Below, in pieces: positions 50,475 to 60,635 of a stretch of 64,000 nucleotides of DNA. Position numbers and translations under genes: made by a program. The stretch lies in NCBI GenBank assembly GCA_945861535.1, contig CAMAUZ010000028.1, forward strand, positions 6,699-70,698. The letters are read 5' to 3'. The notes below the pieces were generated by a model, which did not search any database, was not told where the DNA came from, and saw only the letters and a program-made list of their open reading frames with translations. This DNA comes from Akkermansia muciniphila. GTDB lineage: Bacteria; Verrucomicrobiota; Verrucomicrobiia; Limisphaerales; BJHT01. Numbering within the stretch: position 1 is the first letter of the stretch; each line of letters opens with the position of its first letter.

Positions 50475-52172
50475 ATGATGACCTCCCTTTCGACTGTAAA
50501 AGCTGGATTGTTAATGCTGACCCTTCTCCTCGTGCGGGTGGTCACTGTCTGCGGACAAAGCGCCAAGCCATCCCCAAACTCCACTGCCCATGCCTTTACC
50601 TTCAGTGATGCTGGCGAAGCCGCAGGGATTTTCCCGCACGCCGCCGGCACTCGAGGCCACGCTGCCGCCTGGGGCGACGTCGATGGCAGCGGCTTCCCTT
50701 CTCTCTTTATCGGCGTGTTCCACTACTCCAACTCGAGAACCAGCCTCTTCCTCCGCAACAAGCAGGGCCACTTTCAACTCGGCGATCAGACAGCAATCTC
50801 CCTCTCCAGTTGCGCCAGTGGAGCTATCTTTGTTGACCTGACGAATAGTGGTCATCTTGATCTCTATGTTTCCAACAACGCCCGCGAGAGCGAGGGTACC
50901 AAAGGCGCTCCCAGCGCCCTTTTCCGTGGCGATGGTACGGGCCGCTTCACCGATGTCTCCAAAAACAGCGGCGCGTGTCCACCCGGGCTCCTGGGGCGGA
51001 CGGTTGCCGCGCTTGATTACGACGGCGACGGACTGCTGGATCTCATTGTCTGCGATTTTTACTACTCGAGCAGGTCACCCAAAGGCCTGGCACTTTTTCA
51101 CAACAAGGGCGACTATCATTTTGAAGAAGTCGCCGGAGCTGTCGGGCTCCCGCAGGGCGCATCCATCGCCGGCGCAGCTGTCGCCGACCTCAACGACGAT
51201 GGCTGGCCCGATCTTGTCCTCGTCAGTGCCGACGGCAACAACCGCATCTTCTTGAACGACGGCCACGGCAAATTTAGCAAAGCGGCGGATGCCCAAAACG
51301 TCCTCGCCTGGAAGAACCTCCCTGCCAACGATTTTCCCACCGGAGTCTGCATAACCGACCTGAATCGCGACGGCCTTCCCGACATCGTCATCGGCCACCA
51401 CTTCAAGGCTCCCTGGCAGAAACCCGTCTCCATCCGTTTCTACCTTAATCGTGGAATCAAAAACGGCAGTCCCAATTTTGAAGACATCACCCAGGCTGCG
51501 GGCATTACGCCCCTTGGGATGAAGGCGCCGCATGTCGAAATTCAGGACTTCGACAATGACGGCTGGCCCGATATCTTCGCGAGCGTGGTTAAATTCAAGG
51601 ACAACAAGCCGTATCCACTGATCTACAAGAACATCGGTCTGCAAAATGGCATCCCGCGCTTCCGCGAGGACGTTTGGGGCGTCAACGATTTTCCGACCTA
51701 CCAGGACACGCATACGGGCGGTGGATCGGATGGTTTTTTTCGCCAGATGCTCGCCAGCAAAAAGATCTTGTATGCCGCCGCCGCCCCGAGCGCCGATTAC
51801 GATCGCGATGGCAAGCTCGACATCTTCATGGCCACTTGGTGGGTCGATTCCCGCCCTGTCCTTCTGCGCAACGATACCCCCGGCGGTAACTGGCTTGAAA
51901 TTCAAGTCCAGGGCAGCGGCAAGGTGAATCGCATGGGAATTGGCTCCGTTATCAACATCTACCGCCTCGGAAAAACCGGTGACAAGGCAAGCCTCCTTGG
52001 CAGCAGGGAAATAGCCATAGGCTATGGATGGTGTTCCGGTCAGGAAGCCGTCGCCCATTTCGGATTGGGCAAGGAAGAGCAGGTTGACGTGGAAGTCATC
52101 CTTCCGCACGGCAGGGGCAGGGTGTTGAACCAGGGAGTCAAAGCCGGTCAACGACTGGTGATCCGGCCTTAA
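50475..52172 (+). CDS. CRTAC1-family protein (FG-GAP/VCBS repeats + ASPIC/UnbV)
   Basis: Repeated D.D.DG..D motifs, F.DV...G; C-terminal NWL...G...NR.GIG..., HFGLG. Confidence 0.9.
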   Translation: MMTSLSTVKAGLLMLTLLLVRVVTVCGQSAKPSPNSTAHAFTFSDAGEAAGIFPHAAGTRGHAAAWGDVDGSGFPSLFIGVFHYSNSRTSLFLRNKQGHFQLGDQTAISLSSCASGAIFVDLTNSGHLDLYVSNNARESEGTKGAPSALFRGDGTGRFTDVSKNSGACPPGLLGRTVAALDYDGDGLLDLIVCDFYYSSRSPKGLALFHNKGDYHFEEVAGAVGLPQGASIAGAAVADLNDDGWPDLVLVSADGNNRIFLNDGHGKFSKAADAQNVLAWKNLPANDFPTGVCITDLNRDGLPDIVIGHHFKAPWQKPVSIRFYLNRGIKNGSPNFEDITQAAGITPLGMKAPHVEIQDFDNDGWPDIFASVVKFKDNKPYPLIYKNIGLQNGIPRFREDVWGVNDFPTYQDTHTGGGSDGFFRQMLASKKILYAAAAPSADYDRDGKLDIFMATWWVDSRPVLLRNDTPGGNWLEIQVQGSGKVNRMGIGSVINIYRLGKTGDKASLLGSREIAIGYGWCSGQEAVAHFGLGKEEQVDVEVILPHGRGRVLNQGVKAGQRLVIRP

Positions 52173-52220
52173 GCCGACAACGGCTGAACCTGCTAAAAAA
52201 TATCCCGAAACTCAAGTTCC

Positions 52221-53750
52221 ATGAAGACAACATTTCATAAATCACAAAACAGCCGCCAGGGCACTTGGCAGCGGACCACTCCGGCGTCACAGTCGTCTGG
52301 CCGCAAAAACCATGTGATTGGGGTTTGGCTGGCCGTCTTCGCGCTGGTGGTGCCCGCCGTATCCGCCCCTCCTCCAACTAACAAGGCTGTCCCTGCTGCT
52401 AAAAATGCCGCCAAGGCCAAGCCTGCGCCTGATTCTCCAAAGGCCTGGGTTCCACCTGTGCTGCCAGGTGGCAAATTGGTGGTTACAGACACATCGCCTG
52501 ACTTTCTCACGCCACCAGCCACCATCGATCCGGAAGTGCAAATTGCCAAGGCGGTGCCGACCGTCGATTTCGCCTATTTTCCGGGGCAGACATACCGGGC
52601 GGAAATCTGGTCAACCTGGGGAGACAGCGTGTGCGCCCACGGCAAATATTATGCCTCGCTGGGCGATCACATGTATCCGGGCAAAAAATACCCCGAGTCT
52701 CCCGATCATCACGGGGCGGCCTATGTTTACGAATACGACCCCGCCGCCAAAACCTTCCGCCTGCTCATGAACACCAGCGACGTGCTCAAGCTGCCGGAAG
52801 GGGAGTATATGCCGGGCAAGATTCACAGCCGGCTGGACATGGGGAGTGACGGCTGGTTGTATTGCGGCACTCATCGGGGTTCAGAAAAGGCAACGGCAAA
52901 TCCATCATTGAATTACAAAGGCGACTGGATCCTGCGCTGCAATCCCGCCACGGGCAAGTCCGGGGTGGTCGTTCAGGGGCCGGTTCCCAAGCATTGCATT
53001 CCCAACAGTGCGCTGGATGCGAAGCGAATGATTTTCTACGGCGGCACTGCGGTCGGCGATAAAAAGGACAGTGCCAATGCGGAAGGTGCCATCATGTTCT
53101 TCGCCTATGACGTGGTAAACCATAAGCTGCTTTATTCGGGGAATAACGGTCCGGCGCGCGGCATGATCCTGGCTTCGTCCACAGGAAAAGTCTATTACAC
53201 TCCGGGCACGTCGTTATCTCCAATCATGTGCTACGACCCGTCCACCCCCGGCCAGCCACCGAAGCAGATTCCGGGAGTGATCGGGAACCGCACAGCCACG
53301 CGCGAGACTCCCAGTGGGATGGTTTACACCACTTCACAGGCGGGAAGCAACTCCGCCATGTATTCCTTCAACACCAAAACCGAGAAAGCCGAAATGCTGG
53401 CTCCGCTCGCCATTGGCAAGGGGCCGGATTACGTCGCTGCCGTGGAGGCTGATCCGGGAGGACGCTATGTTTACTATACTTTGGGCGCTCACGGTGGCAG
53501 CCAGGCTGTTGGTTCGGCCATCGTGCAGTTCGACACCAAGACCAGAAAGAAGAAAGTCATAGCCTTCCTGTCACCCTTCATCCAAAAAAGGTATGGTGTC
53601 ACGCCAGTGGGTTCCTTCAGCATCTCGGTCGATGAGAAGGGGGAGACGGTCTTCGTCACTTGGAACTGCGCGCGCGACGGCGTGGGGCGAGCATGGGACA
53701 CGGTCGGGCTATCCGTAGTTCACATCCCGGCCGCCGAACGCGAGCCATGA
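52221..53750 (+). CDS. Secreted hypothetical beta-propeller protein
   Basis: Hydrophobic signal, Pro/Ala/Lys linker, repeated YDP-type blades (YEYDP, CNP.TG, YD, CYDP, FDTKT), PGKIHSRLD.G.DG.LY..TH motif; start uncertain. Confidence 0.75.
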   Translation: MKTTFHKSQNSRQGTWQRTTPASQSSGRKNHVIGVWLAVFALVVPAVSAPPPTNKAVPAAKNAAKAKPAPDSPKAWVPPVLPGGKLVVTDTSPDFLTPPATIDPEVQIAKAVPTVDFAYFPGQTYRAEIWSTWGDSVCAHGKYYASLGDHMYPGKKYPESPDHHGAAYVYEYDPAAKTFRLLMNTSDVLKLPEGEYMPGKIHSRLDMGSDGWLYCGTHRGSEKATANPSLNYKGDWILRCNPATGKSGVVVQGPVPKHCIPNSALDAKRMIFYGGTAVGDKKDSANAEGAIMFFAYDVVNHKLLYSGNNGPARGMILASSTGKVYYTPGTSLSPIMCYDPSTPGQPPKQIPGVIGNRTATRETPSGMVYTTSQAGSNSAMYSFNTKTEKAEMLAPLAIGKGPDYVAAVEADPGGRYVYYTLGAHGGSQAVGSAIVQFDTKTRKKKVIAFLSPFIQKRYGVTPVGSFSISVDEKGETVFVTWNCARDGVGRAWDTVGLSVVHIPAAEREP

Positions 53751-53875
53751 GGATTTCTCCAGCCCGTGCCTCGGTCGCCGAATGAGGAAAAAAGAACATT
53801 AAATGACAGAACCGTATCCATGCGGATGGTTTAACCACGCGTAAAAACACGAAATCCGCAATTCCTACCCATCAC

Positions 53876-55261
53876 ATGAAAAACCAAATACCATCTGTGA
53901 CGCTGGCGCTTTGCCTCATCCTGTCGATATTGAGTGGCCTTGCGTTTGCCATCGAACCGGCAGCGGTGCCCCCGCTGCCACCCGCGGTAGCAAAGCAGAC
54001 CATCAAGGCCGCGGAATTTGTGAACATGGCAGCGCTTGACTGCGGACTGCAAGCCGCCATCGACGCGGCCGGGCCGGACGGAGCCATCGTCCTGATACCA
54101 CCGGGAATTTATCCATTGCACCGGGCGTTGATATTGCGGAGCAATGTCATCTTGCGCGGCAGCGGCGAGTCCACGGTGCTGCGCAAGGAAGGCATCCCCG
54201 GAGGTCTGCTGGCGGTGGAAGCCCCAAAGGGAGCAGGTGAGGTGGTCATCCGGGTCGGCAAAGGTTCGCCTTTCCGAATCGGCCAGGCGATCGGCATTAC
54301 CTCCCCATACCCGGAAGGGGGCGCCTGGAACTCCACCCACACGTTCGTCAAGGACATCCAAGGTGGCCGCATTATCCTGGAGGGAGCGGCCAAGTGCCGG
54401 TATTCGCTCGGGATCAAACCAACCGCCTTGGGCATCCACCCGGCCATCTTCGCCAACGGACAGACCAACGTGGCCATCGAGAACCTGGCCATCGACCACA
54501 CTTCACCCGTTGCGGGCAGTCGGGTGGGCAGGGTGGATTTCACCTTTTCGGCCATTGAGTTGGAAAAGTGCCATCGAGTCCTCATCCGTAATGTATCCGT
54601 GACCGGTTGGCCTTCGGACGGCATCAGTGTGCAGGGAGGGTCCGAGGCGCTGGTCACCGGTTGCCGGGTCACCAAGTGTGGCGGACATGGATTTCATCCC
54701 GGAACCAAGATTCACGACTCGGTATTTACGGAGAATATCGCCCGCGGCAACAAAGGCGACGGGTTGTTCTTCTGCCTCGGAGTGCGGAATATCACCGTCA
54801 GCAAAAGCATTTTCAGCGGCAACTCCGCCAGCGGCATCGGTGACCTGGGTTGTGCCGGTGACACGTTGAATACCTGCATTGGAAACACCTGCACGGATAA
54901 TGGCCGAGCGGGCATCCATATGAATGGATACAGAAACACGGATGGCAGGAATAACTCCGTCATCAACAATATCTGCCTGAACAACTCCCGCTCCAAGCCC
55001 GGCGCGTATCCGGGCATCCTCCTCTCGGACACCAAGGACAGTCTGGTCGAGGGTAACCGTTGTGGCGACGATCAGAAGACTCCAACTCAACTCATGGGCA
55101 TTCGCGAGACCGGCAGAAGCGACCGTAATCAGATAGTCAACAACCAGTCTGCTCGCGCAACTAAGGACGAGACCAGCATTGTGATACTTGGGGCGAACAC
55201 CAAGGCAGCGGGGAACACGGAATGGCGAATGGAGGAACGCCCCGTCACTCTGAACCAATGA
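53876..55261 (+). CDS. Right-handed parallel beta-helix protein (pectin-lyase-like fold)
   Basis: Signal peptide; LQAAIDA...G..V.IPPG.Y, L.SNV.LRG.G, repeated N...DGI / N...GI rungs. Confidence 0.88.
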   Translation: MKNQIPSVTLALCLILSILSGLAFAIEPAAVPPLPPAVAKQTIKAAEFVNMAALDCGLQAAIDAAGPDGAIVLIPPGIYPLHRALILRSNVILRGSGESTVLRKEGIPGGLLAVEAPKGAGEVVIRVGKGSPFRIGQAIGITSPYPEGGAWNSTHTFVKDIQGGRIILEGAAKCRYSLGIKPTALGIHPAIFANGQTNVAIENLAIDHTSPVAGSRVGRVDFTFSAIELEKCHRVLIRNVSVTGWPSDGISVQGGSEALVTGCRVTKCGGHGFHPGTKIHDSVFTENIARGNKGDGLFFCLGVRNITVSKSIFSGNSASGIGDLGCAGDTLNTCIGNTCTDNGRAGIHMNGYRNTDGRNNSVINNICLNNSRSKPGAYPGILLSDTKDSLVEGNRCGDDQKTPTQLMGIRETGRSDRNQIVNNQSARATKDETSIVILGANTKAAGNTEWRMEERPVTLNQ

Positions 55262-55269
55262 ATTAATGA

Positions 55270-55399
55270 GAGCCTGTTTCAAAACTCCGGTTGGGAGTTC
55301 CGCGTTTACGCCGATCGGGCGTTGCGGGGCAGCGGACCGCGTAAACGCGGAACTCCAAACCCGGGCCTGCGCTGCTCATGTGACTTTTCAAACACCCCC
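55270..55399. mobile_element. IS5-like MITE with REP doublet cargo
   Basis: Imperfect TIRs gagcctgtttcaaaa / ttttcaaacaccccc, flanked on both sides by TGA; inner ggagttccgcgtttacgc / gcgtaaacgcggaactcc. Confidence 0.65.
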
Positions 55400-55455
55400 T
55401 GAAACTCCCTGACTAAATGAGACTCCCTACCCAAATGAAATTCCCCACCCAACCC

Positions 55456-57792
55456 ATGAAAAACAGAATTCCCGAACTGGCATTGACGCTCTGGGTTGCC
55501 CTGGCGGCTACCGGCGCGTCGGCGCTGGCCGGCGCGAGTGACGAGTTTACCGCGTCGCCCGAACGCCGTGCGAAATTGCTGGCCGCGGCGCATACCCGCA
55601 ATCAGGAGCGCATCGCACCGAGAGTGGCCGGTACGACCTTGGTGGACAATGGCCAGCCGACGGCGGTGATCGTCGGGGTCGAAAACCTGCCCGCCGGCAA
55701 ATTGTTGCAGGACTGGGTCAAGCGGATGAGTGGCGCCGAGCTGCCCATCGTGGACCAACCGGTGGCGGGGCGCGTCAGCATTTATTTGGGCAAGGCGGCG
55801 CTGGCAGCGGGGCTTGGCCTTGCCGATCTAGAAAGTCGCTCGCAGGAAGGGCTGCGCGTGAAGTGCGATGGCAAGAGTGTCTATATCGCCGGCCAGTCCG
55901 ATGCCGCGACGGTGCGCGCGGTGGGGCGGTTTTTGGAGGAGGAATTCGGGTGCCGCTGGCTGGCCGATACTGAGTGGGGCCGGGTTTATCCCGAACTGAA
56001 AACCCTGCGCGTCCGGACCGGTGAATTTCGGGAAACTCCGGGATTTGTTTACCGGCGCATCTGGGGGCCTGAGGGCGCATTTCACAACGTGCCGTGGAAT
56101 CTCTGGAACGGCGACGGCGGCCTGGGCATCCCGATGAGCCACAGTTGGAGCATTCTCGGCAAAGAAGACTTCAAGCTGCATCCGGAGTGGTTCCGCCTGG
56201 ACGAAACCGGCAAGCGCATCAACGGCCCGTGGTACAATCTCGGTCATCCGGAGGTCCGCAAACGGTTCCTCGAATGGGCGTTGAAGGCGAGCGATGGAGG
56301 GCGGAAAAGCATTTCGCTGTCGCCGCCGGATGATCACCGGGAGGATTTCAGTCCCGAGGCCAGGCGTTATGACAATCCGGCCATGGTCGATCCTTCGTCC
56401 GGGCGGGTCTCGATGACCGACCGGTTTGTAGGCATTGCCAATGAGGCTGCGACGGCGCTTCACAAGCTGAACCCGTCCATCCTCTGCGGTTTCTATGCCT
56501 ATTCCGACTACACGCTGCCGCCGACCAAGCCCGAGCTGGCGAAGCTGTCCCCGGCGTTGTGTGTCTGGGTCGCCCCCATCCGGTACAGTCGCTACCATCC
56601 CCTCGGACATCCGAACTCGGCCTCCATCCAGCAGTTGAAGCAGATCATCGACGACTGGAGCGGCCATGCGACGTCGATGGGGTTGCGTACCTACAACTAC
56701 AATCTGGCCGAGGTGCTGACGCCCTTCTCCAAAATCTCCACCTGGGCTCATGATCTGCCCTACCTGCGGCAGCGCGGTTTTATCGGCGCAAGCCTTGAGT
56801 CGTTCAATGACTGGGAAATCTACGCTCCCCATCTCTACCTTTCGATCCGGCTCGCCTATGATCCCCGGCTCGATCCGTGGGAAATCATGGCCGACTATTG
56901 GGACAAGGCTTACGGCCCGGCCGCGGCAGTCATGGAGAAATATTGGATGGAGGTGGACGCGGCATTCATCAACCTCAAGACGGATACCGGTTCGATTCAT
57001 GCCCTGCACCATGTCTATACGCCCGAGAGACTGAAGACCCTCGCTGGCTACCTCACGGAAGCGGAACGTCTTGCCACGGGTTCCAAAGGCGACGCCCACC
57101 GGGTGAGTCTCGCCCGGCGTGGACTCACGCGCGCCAACTTCTGGCGGTCGTGGTATGACGCCGTGAACAGCGGCAACATCGATGGCGCGGCGGAGACGGT
57201 TACCAAGTGGGGTGCGTTCGTGAAGGAATCCATCGCCTCCCGGAACGCCAACAAATACGCCGACACCTATCTCCAGCGCTTCGTGGGCAAGAACACCTGG
57301 TCCGCGTGGGGAGCCGTTCATCCCAAGCAGGGCAAGCCCCGCAAACCGATTGGCGTCCTCCCCGACGAATGGCGGACCGCGACCAAGGAGGAGATCGAGA
57401 AGTCGGGCGCCGCCGGCAATCCGTTCGACGTGAAATTCCCTGACACAAGTTGGAAGGCCATCAAGACGTTCACCGACACCCGCAACGCGCAGGGATTGCC
57501 GGAATATTTCGGTGAAATGTGGTATCGCACGAATTTCAAGGCGGCGCAGAGTTCCACCAATCTCGTGCTGCACTTCGCCAAGGCCGACCGCAAAGTGGTG
57601 TTGTATGTCAATGGTGCCCGGGTCAATGCGACCGAGGTCGAAGCGTTCGCCGGCGCGACCATTGATGTCAGCGGGCATTTGCAGCCCGGTCGGGACAATC
57701 AGATCACCGTCATGGTGCGGCACATTCCGCTCCCGGAAATGTATCTGGGCGGCCTGGTCGGCCCGGTGTACGTTTTGGAACAGACTCAGTAG
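55456..57792 (+). CDS. DUF4838-domain secreted protein with a C-terminal beta-sandwich
   Basis: Signal peptide; L......MSGAELPI, AV..FLE...GCRW, P.F.YR, F..HPEWF, S.SP.D, S.TDR, YAY..Y..PP, Y....YGPAA..M..Y, WYRT.F. Confidence 0.82.
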   Translation: MKNRIPELALTLWVALAATGASALAGASDEFTASPERRAKLLAAAHTRNQERIAPRVAGTTLVDNGQPTAVIVGVENLPAGKLLQDWVKRMSGAELPIVDQPVAGRVSIYLGKAALAAGLGLADLESRSQEGLRVKCDGKSVYIAGQSDAATVRAVGRFLEEEFGCRWLADTEWGRVYPELKTLRVRTGEFRETPGFVYRRIWGPEGAFHNVPWNLWNGDGGLGIPMSHSWSILGKEDFKLHPEWFRLDETGKRINGPWYNLGHPEVRKRFLEWALKASDGGRKSISLSPPDDHREDFSPEARRYDNPAMVDPSSGRVSMTDRFVGIANEAATALHKLNPSILCGFYAYSDYTLPPTKPELAKLSPALCVWVAPIRYSRYHPLGHPNSASIQQLKQIIDDWSGHATSMGLRTYNYNLAEVLTPFSKISTWAHDLPYLRQRGFIGASLESFNDWEIYAPHLYLSIRLAYDPRLDPWEIMADYWDKAYGPAAAVMEKYWMEVDAAFINLKTDTGSIHALHHVYTPERLKTLAGYLTEAERLATGSKGDAHRVSLARRGLTRANFWRSWYDAVNSGNIDGAAETVTKWGAFVKESIASRNANKYADTYLQRFVGKNTWSAWGAVHPKQGKPRKPIGVLPDEWRTATKEEIEKSGAAGNPFDVKFPDTSWKAIKTFTDTRNAQGLPEYFGEMWYRTNFKAAQSSTNLVLHFAKADRKVVLYVNGARVNATEVEAFAGATIDVSGHLQPGRDNQITVMVRHIPLPEMYLGGLVGPVYVLEQTQ

Positions 57793-57940
57793 CCGTCGGG
57801 TTGCCCGGCAAATTTTTGACTAGGGCTATCCGCTTGACTCAGCTCACGTTGATCTGGCCACCACAAATGGCACAACTGGCAGCAAAAGTGGCGATGGGTA
57901 GCTGTTGGTCGAGGCCAGGACATAGCTCTGAGAAACATTA

Positions 57941-58149
57941 AACCTGGAAACGGCAGTCGGTTTGAGCCACGAAAGCCACGAAAGCCACGAAAGACACAAA
58001 AGGCACGTAAAGCCCGAAAACAAAGGGCGGAAGCGTGGTGGCTCGACATCCGAATAACTCACCCGCCCGGTGACAAGCTTCGATTCCGCAAGCCCTTCTC
58101 CTTTCGTACCTTTCGTGTCGTTCGTGGTTCCGACTGCTTTTTCTAGGTT
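57941..58149. mobile_element. MITE-like element with 20-bp TIRs enclosing 9-bp tandem arms
   Basis: aacctggaaacggcagtcgg / ccgactgctttttctaggtt (17/20); inner (gccacgaaa)x3.. inverted to tttcgtacctttcgtgtcgttcgtgg. Confidence 0.7.
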
Positions 58150-58198
58150 CACCGTTCGAGCGTCGCCGCGGGGCCGACCCTGTCCGTAACTCTCACGC

Positions 58199-58363
58199 TG
58201 AAGCGGCATAAATGCCGCGCTCCAAAATCCTCGCGTGCCGCGAGGATTTCTCCCGGAGCGCGGGCGGTCCCCGCCCGCAGCGGCTCCGCATCTGCGACAA
58301 CGCCGGAAATTCGCACCACCCCGGCTCCGATGCTGCTGCTGCGTCCGGGACGGCCGCGCTCCG
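58199..58363. repeat. REP cluster, CGGAGCGC family
   Basis: tgaagcggcataaatgccgcgctcc; aatcctcgcg..cgcgaggatt (also near 35100); cggagcgcgggcggtccccgcccgc ... gggacggccgcgctccg. Confidence 0.8.
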
Positions 58364-58375
58364 GTGACTGCATGG

Positions 58376-59311
58376 TCAGGGCTTGAGGAAGCCGTCGAGG
58401 GCTTTGCGCTCGGGGTCGGTGAGGGGCTTCCAGTCGATGGTGACGGCGGGCAGGTCGGCGCGGAGTTTGGCGAGGTCGGCTGCGGCGAGGTCGGTGCGGA
58501 GGAGGGTGAGTTTTTTCAATGCGGGCAGGGCTTTTAACGTGCTGAGGCCGGCGTGGGTGAGGCGCACCTCATCGAGGGAGAGGTTTTCGAGGGAGGTGAG
58601 TTTGGCGACGGTGGCGAGCGTGGTGTCGTCGAGGCTGAGGAGGTTGGGCTTGCCGTCGTAGCGGCGGAGGCGCTGGCCGAGTTTGAGCGAGCGGAGGTTC
58701 TTGAGCGGGAGCAATTGCTCGTTGCCGGCCTGCGTTTGGTAGGTGTGCCAGGTGCTGAATTCCTTGAGTTGCGTGAGCTGGCCGATGGCCGCCATGCCGC
58801 GGTCGTTGAAGGGAGTTCCGGCGACGGTGAGGCGCTCGAGTTTTGGCAGTGCTTTGAAGGCGGCGAAACCCGCGCCGGTAAAACCTTTGTCGGGGTAGGC
58901 GATGTGGAAGAAGGAGGCCGAGCGCAGGTTGGTGAGCGTGGTGAGCGCGGTCAGGCCGGCGTCGGTGACTTGGATGCCGTCGGTGCCGAGTTCCTCGAGC
59001 GCGCCCAGGCCGGCGAGGAGCGGGAGGGTTTGGTCGGTCAGGCCGTGGCATTTGCCGTAGAGCGTGAGGGCTTTGAGTGACTTGAACTGGCCGAGGTCGC
59101 GGAACTCGGCGTCGCCGAGTTTGGAGCAGTCTTTGAAACTCACTTTCGTCACGGCCCCGGCGGTCTCGGTGATTTGCGCGCCGAGGGCGCGGAGCTTGGC
59201 CGCGATCTCGGCGTCGCTGGCGGTGGTGGTGTGCGCGATGGCGAGGAAGGCCAGCAGGCAGGCGATCAGGCGCGAGGGCAGGGGAGGGTGGGGGACGAGG
59301 TTGGGTTTCAT
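58376..59311 (-). CDS. Secreted leucine-rich repeat protein
   Basis: Start MKPNLV at 59311 with signal peptide; L..L..L..L.L......TD.GL repeats. Confidence 0.85.
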   Translation of the reverse strand: MKPNLVPHPPLPSRLIACLLAFLAIAHTTTASDAEIAAKLRALGAQITETAGAVTKVSFKDCSKLGDAEFRDLGQFKSLKALTLYGKCHGLTDQTLPLLAGLGALEELGTDGIQVTDAGLTALTTLTNLRSASFFHIAYPDKGFTGAGFAAFKALPKLERLTVAGTPFNDRGMAAIGQLTQLKEFSTWHTYQTQAGNEQLLPLKNLRSLKLGQRLRRYDGKPNLLSLDDTTLATVAKLTSLENLSLDEVRLTHAGLSTLKALPALKKLTLLRTDLAAADLAKLRADLPAVTIDWKPLTDPERKALDGFLKP

Positions 59312-59408
59312 GGGAGGATGGTTTTGTGGGCGTGGGTTTGCGGTTGGGAATATTCGCGGGTCAAGCGATGGGGCGGGGGAAAGCTGCTGCTGCGGCGGAC
59401 GTTGCGCT

Positions 59409-59545
59409 GTAGCGCAGGCTTCCAAGCCTGCTGTATCGCCGATTTCTAAATCGGCAGCGCGTCGAAACTGCGAGGACGGTCCGCCAGTCGGACGGCTCGC
59501 GGGTTTGGAAACCCGCGACACAGCAGGTTTGGAAACCTGCGCTAC
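59409..59545. repeat. REPIN, GTAGCGCAGG family (copy 3)
   Basis: Arms near-identical to 30221-30357. Confidence 0.9.
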
Positions 59546-60489
59546 CACGGAACGCCACACGCCTCCGTATCGGCGCACGCGAAATAGGGCCGGAGGATTT
59601 GCGCGGCCACGCGGACGGCGGTGGCGCGGTTCTCGAGGGTTTTGCCGAAGGTGTCGTCTTCGACTTCGATGCAGACCGGGCCGCGGTAGGTGGTTTCCAT
59701 GAGGGCGCCGAGGAATTTTCCCCAGTCCATTTCGCCGTAGCCGGGGATGCGCGGCTGATGCCATTCGAGGGGAGGGGCGAAGCGGCCGACATCGTTGAGG
59801 CGGTCGTGGCGGAGTTTCACGTCCTTGGCGTGGAGGTGGAAAAGTTTGTCCTGAAATTCCCGCAGCGGGCTGGCGGGGTCCATCTGCTGGAGCACGAAAT
59901 GCGAGGGGTCGTAGTTGAGGCCGAAGTTCGGGGCATCGAGGTCGTGGAAGGCGCGCCGCCAGATGGCCGGCGTGGTCATGAGGTTCTTGCCGCCGGGCCA
60001 TTCGTCGCGCGTGAAGAGCATCGGGCAGTTCTCGATGCCGATGCGGATGCCGTGGTCGGCGGCGTGGGCGAGCAGGGGTTTCCAGGTTTTGAGGAAGCGC
60101 GGCCAGTTGTCGTCCACGCTGCGGGTCCAATCGCGGCCAACGAAGGTGTTGATGGTTTTCAGGCCGAGCTTTTCGGCGGCGAGGATCACGCGTTTGAGGT
60201 GGTCGGTGCAGCGTTTGGCGGCGGGGGGGTCGGGGTCGAGCGGGTTCGGATAATAGCCGAGGGCGGAGAGGCTGACGCCGCGCGCGGCGCAGAGGGCGTT
60301 CACGTCGTCGGCCTGGGCTTGGGTGAAGGCGGTGACATCGACGTGGGTGACGCCGGCGAATTTGCGTTCGGCGCGACCGACGGGCCAGCACATGGCCTCG
60401 ACGCACGCGAAGCCGTCGGCGCGCGCGCGGGTGAGGACTTGGTCGAGATTTAGTTCAGGGAAGATCGCGGAGACGAGGCCGAGTTGCAT
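59542..60489 (-). CDS. Sugar phosphate isomerase/epimerase (xylose isomerase-like TIM barrel)
   Basis: MQLGLVSAI; GIRIGIENCP, GLNYDPSH, HLHAKD, R.PG.G..DW, Y.G...IE.ED. Confidence 0.92.
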   Translation of the reverse strand: MQLGLVSAIFPELNLDQVLTRARADGFACVEAMCWPVGRAERKFAGVTHVDVTAFTQAQADDVNALCAARGVSLSALGYYPNPLDPDPPAAKRCTDHLKRVILAAEKLGLKTINTFVGRDWTRSVDDNWPRFLKTWKPLLAHAADHGIRIGIENCPMLFTRDEWPGGKNLMTTPAIWRRAFHDLDAPNFGLNYDPSHFVLQQMDPASPLREFQDKLFHLHAKDVKLRHDRLNDVGRFAPPLEWHQPRIPGYGEMDWGKFLGALMETTYRGPVCIEVEDDTFGKTLENRATAVRVAAQILRPYFACADTEACGVPW

Positions 60490-60635
60490 AAGGTCGTGGT
60501 GGTTTGAGATGGGGAAACTGTGGGGCGGAAACGGGGAGAGAGTAAAGATTTTCGGGCTGGGGGCGAGGGCGGGCGCGGGGTGATTAAAAGTGGGCGAGCG
60601 TGCCGGGCGGGGACGTTGCTGCAACCCACGCCAAG

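Noticed and set aside
59312-60406. N-terminal extension of the 676-aa ORF suggesting an isomerase-LRR fusion
   Set aside because: Off-frame overlap with the isomerase gene and a REPIN; the LRR protein has its own start and signal peptide at 59311.
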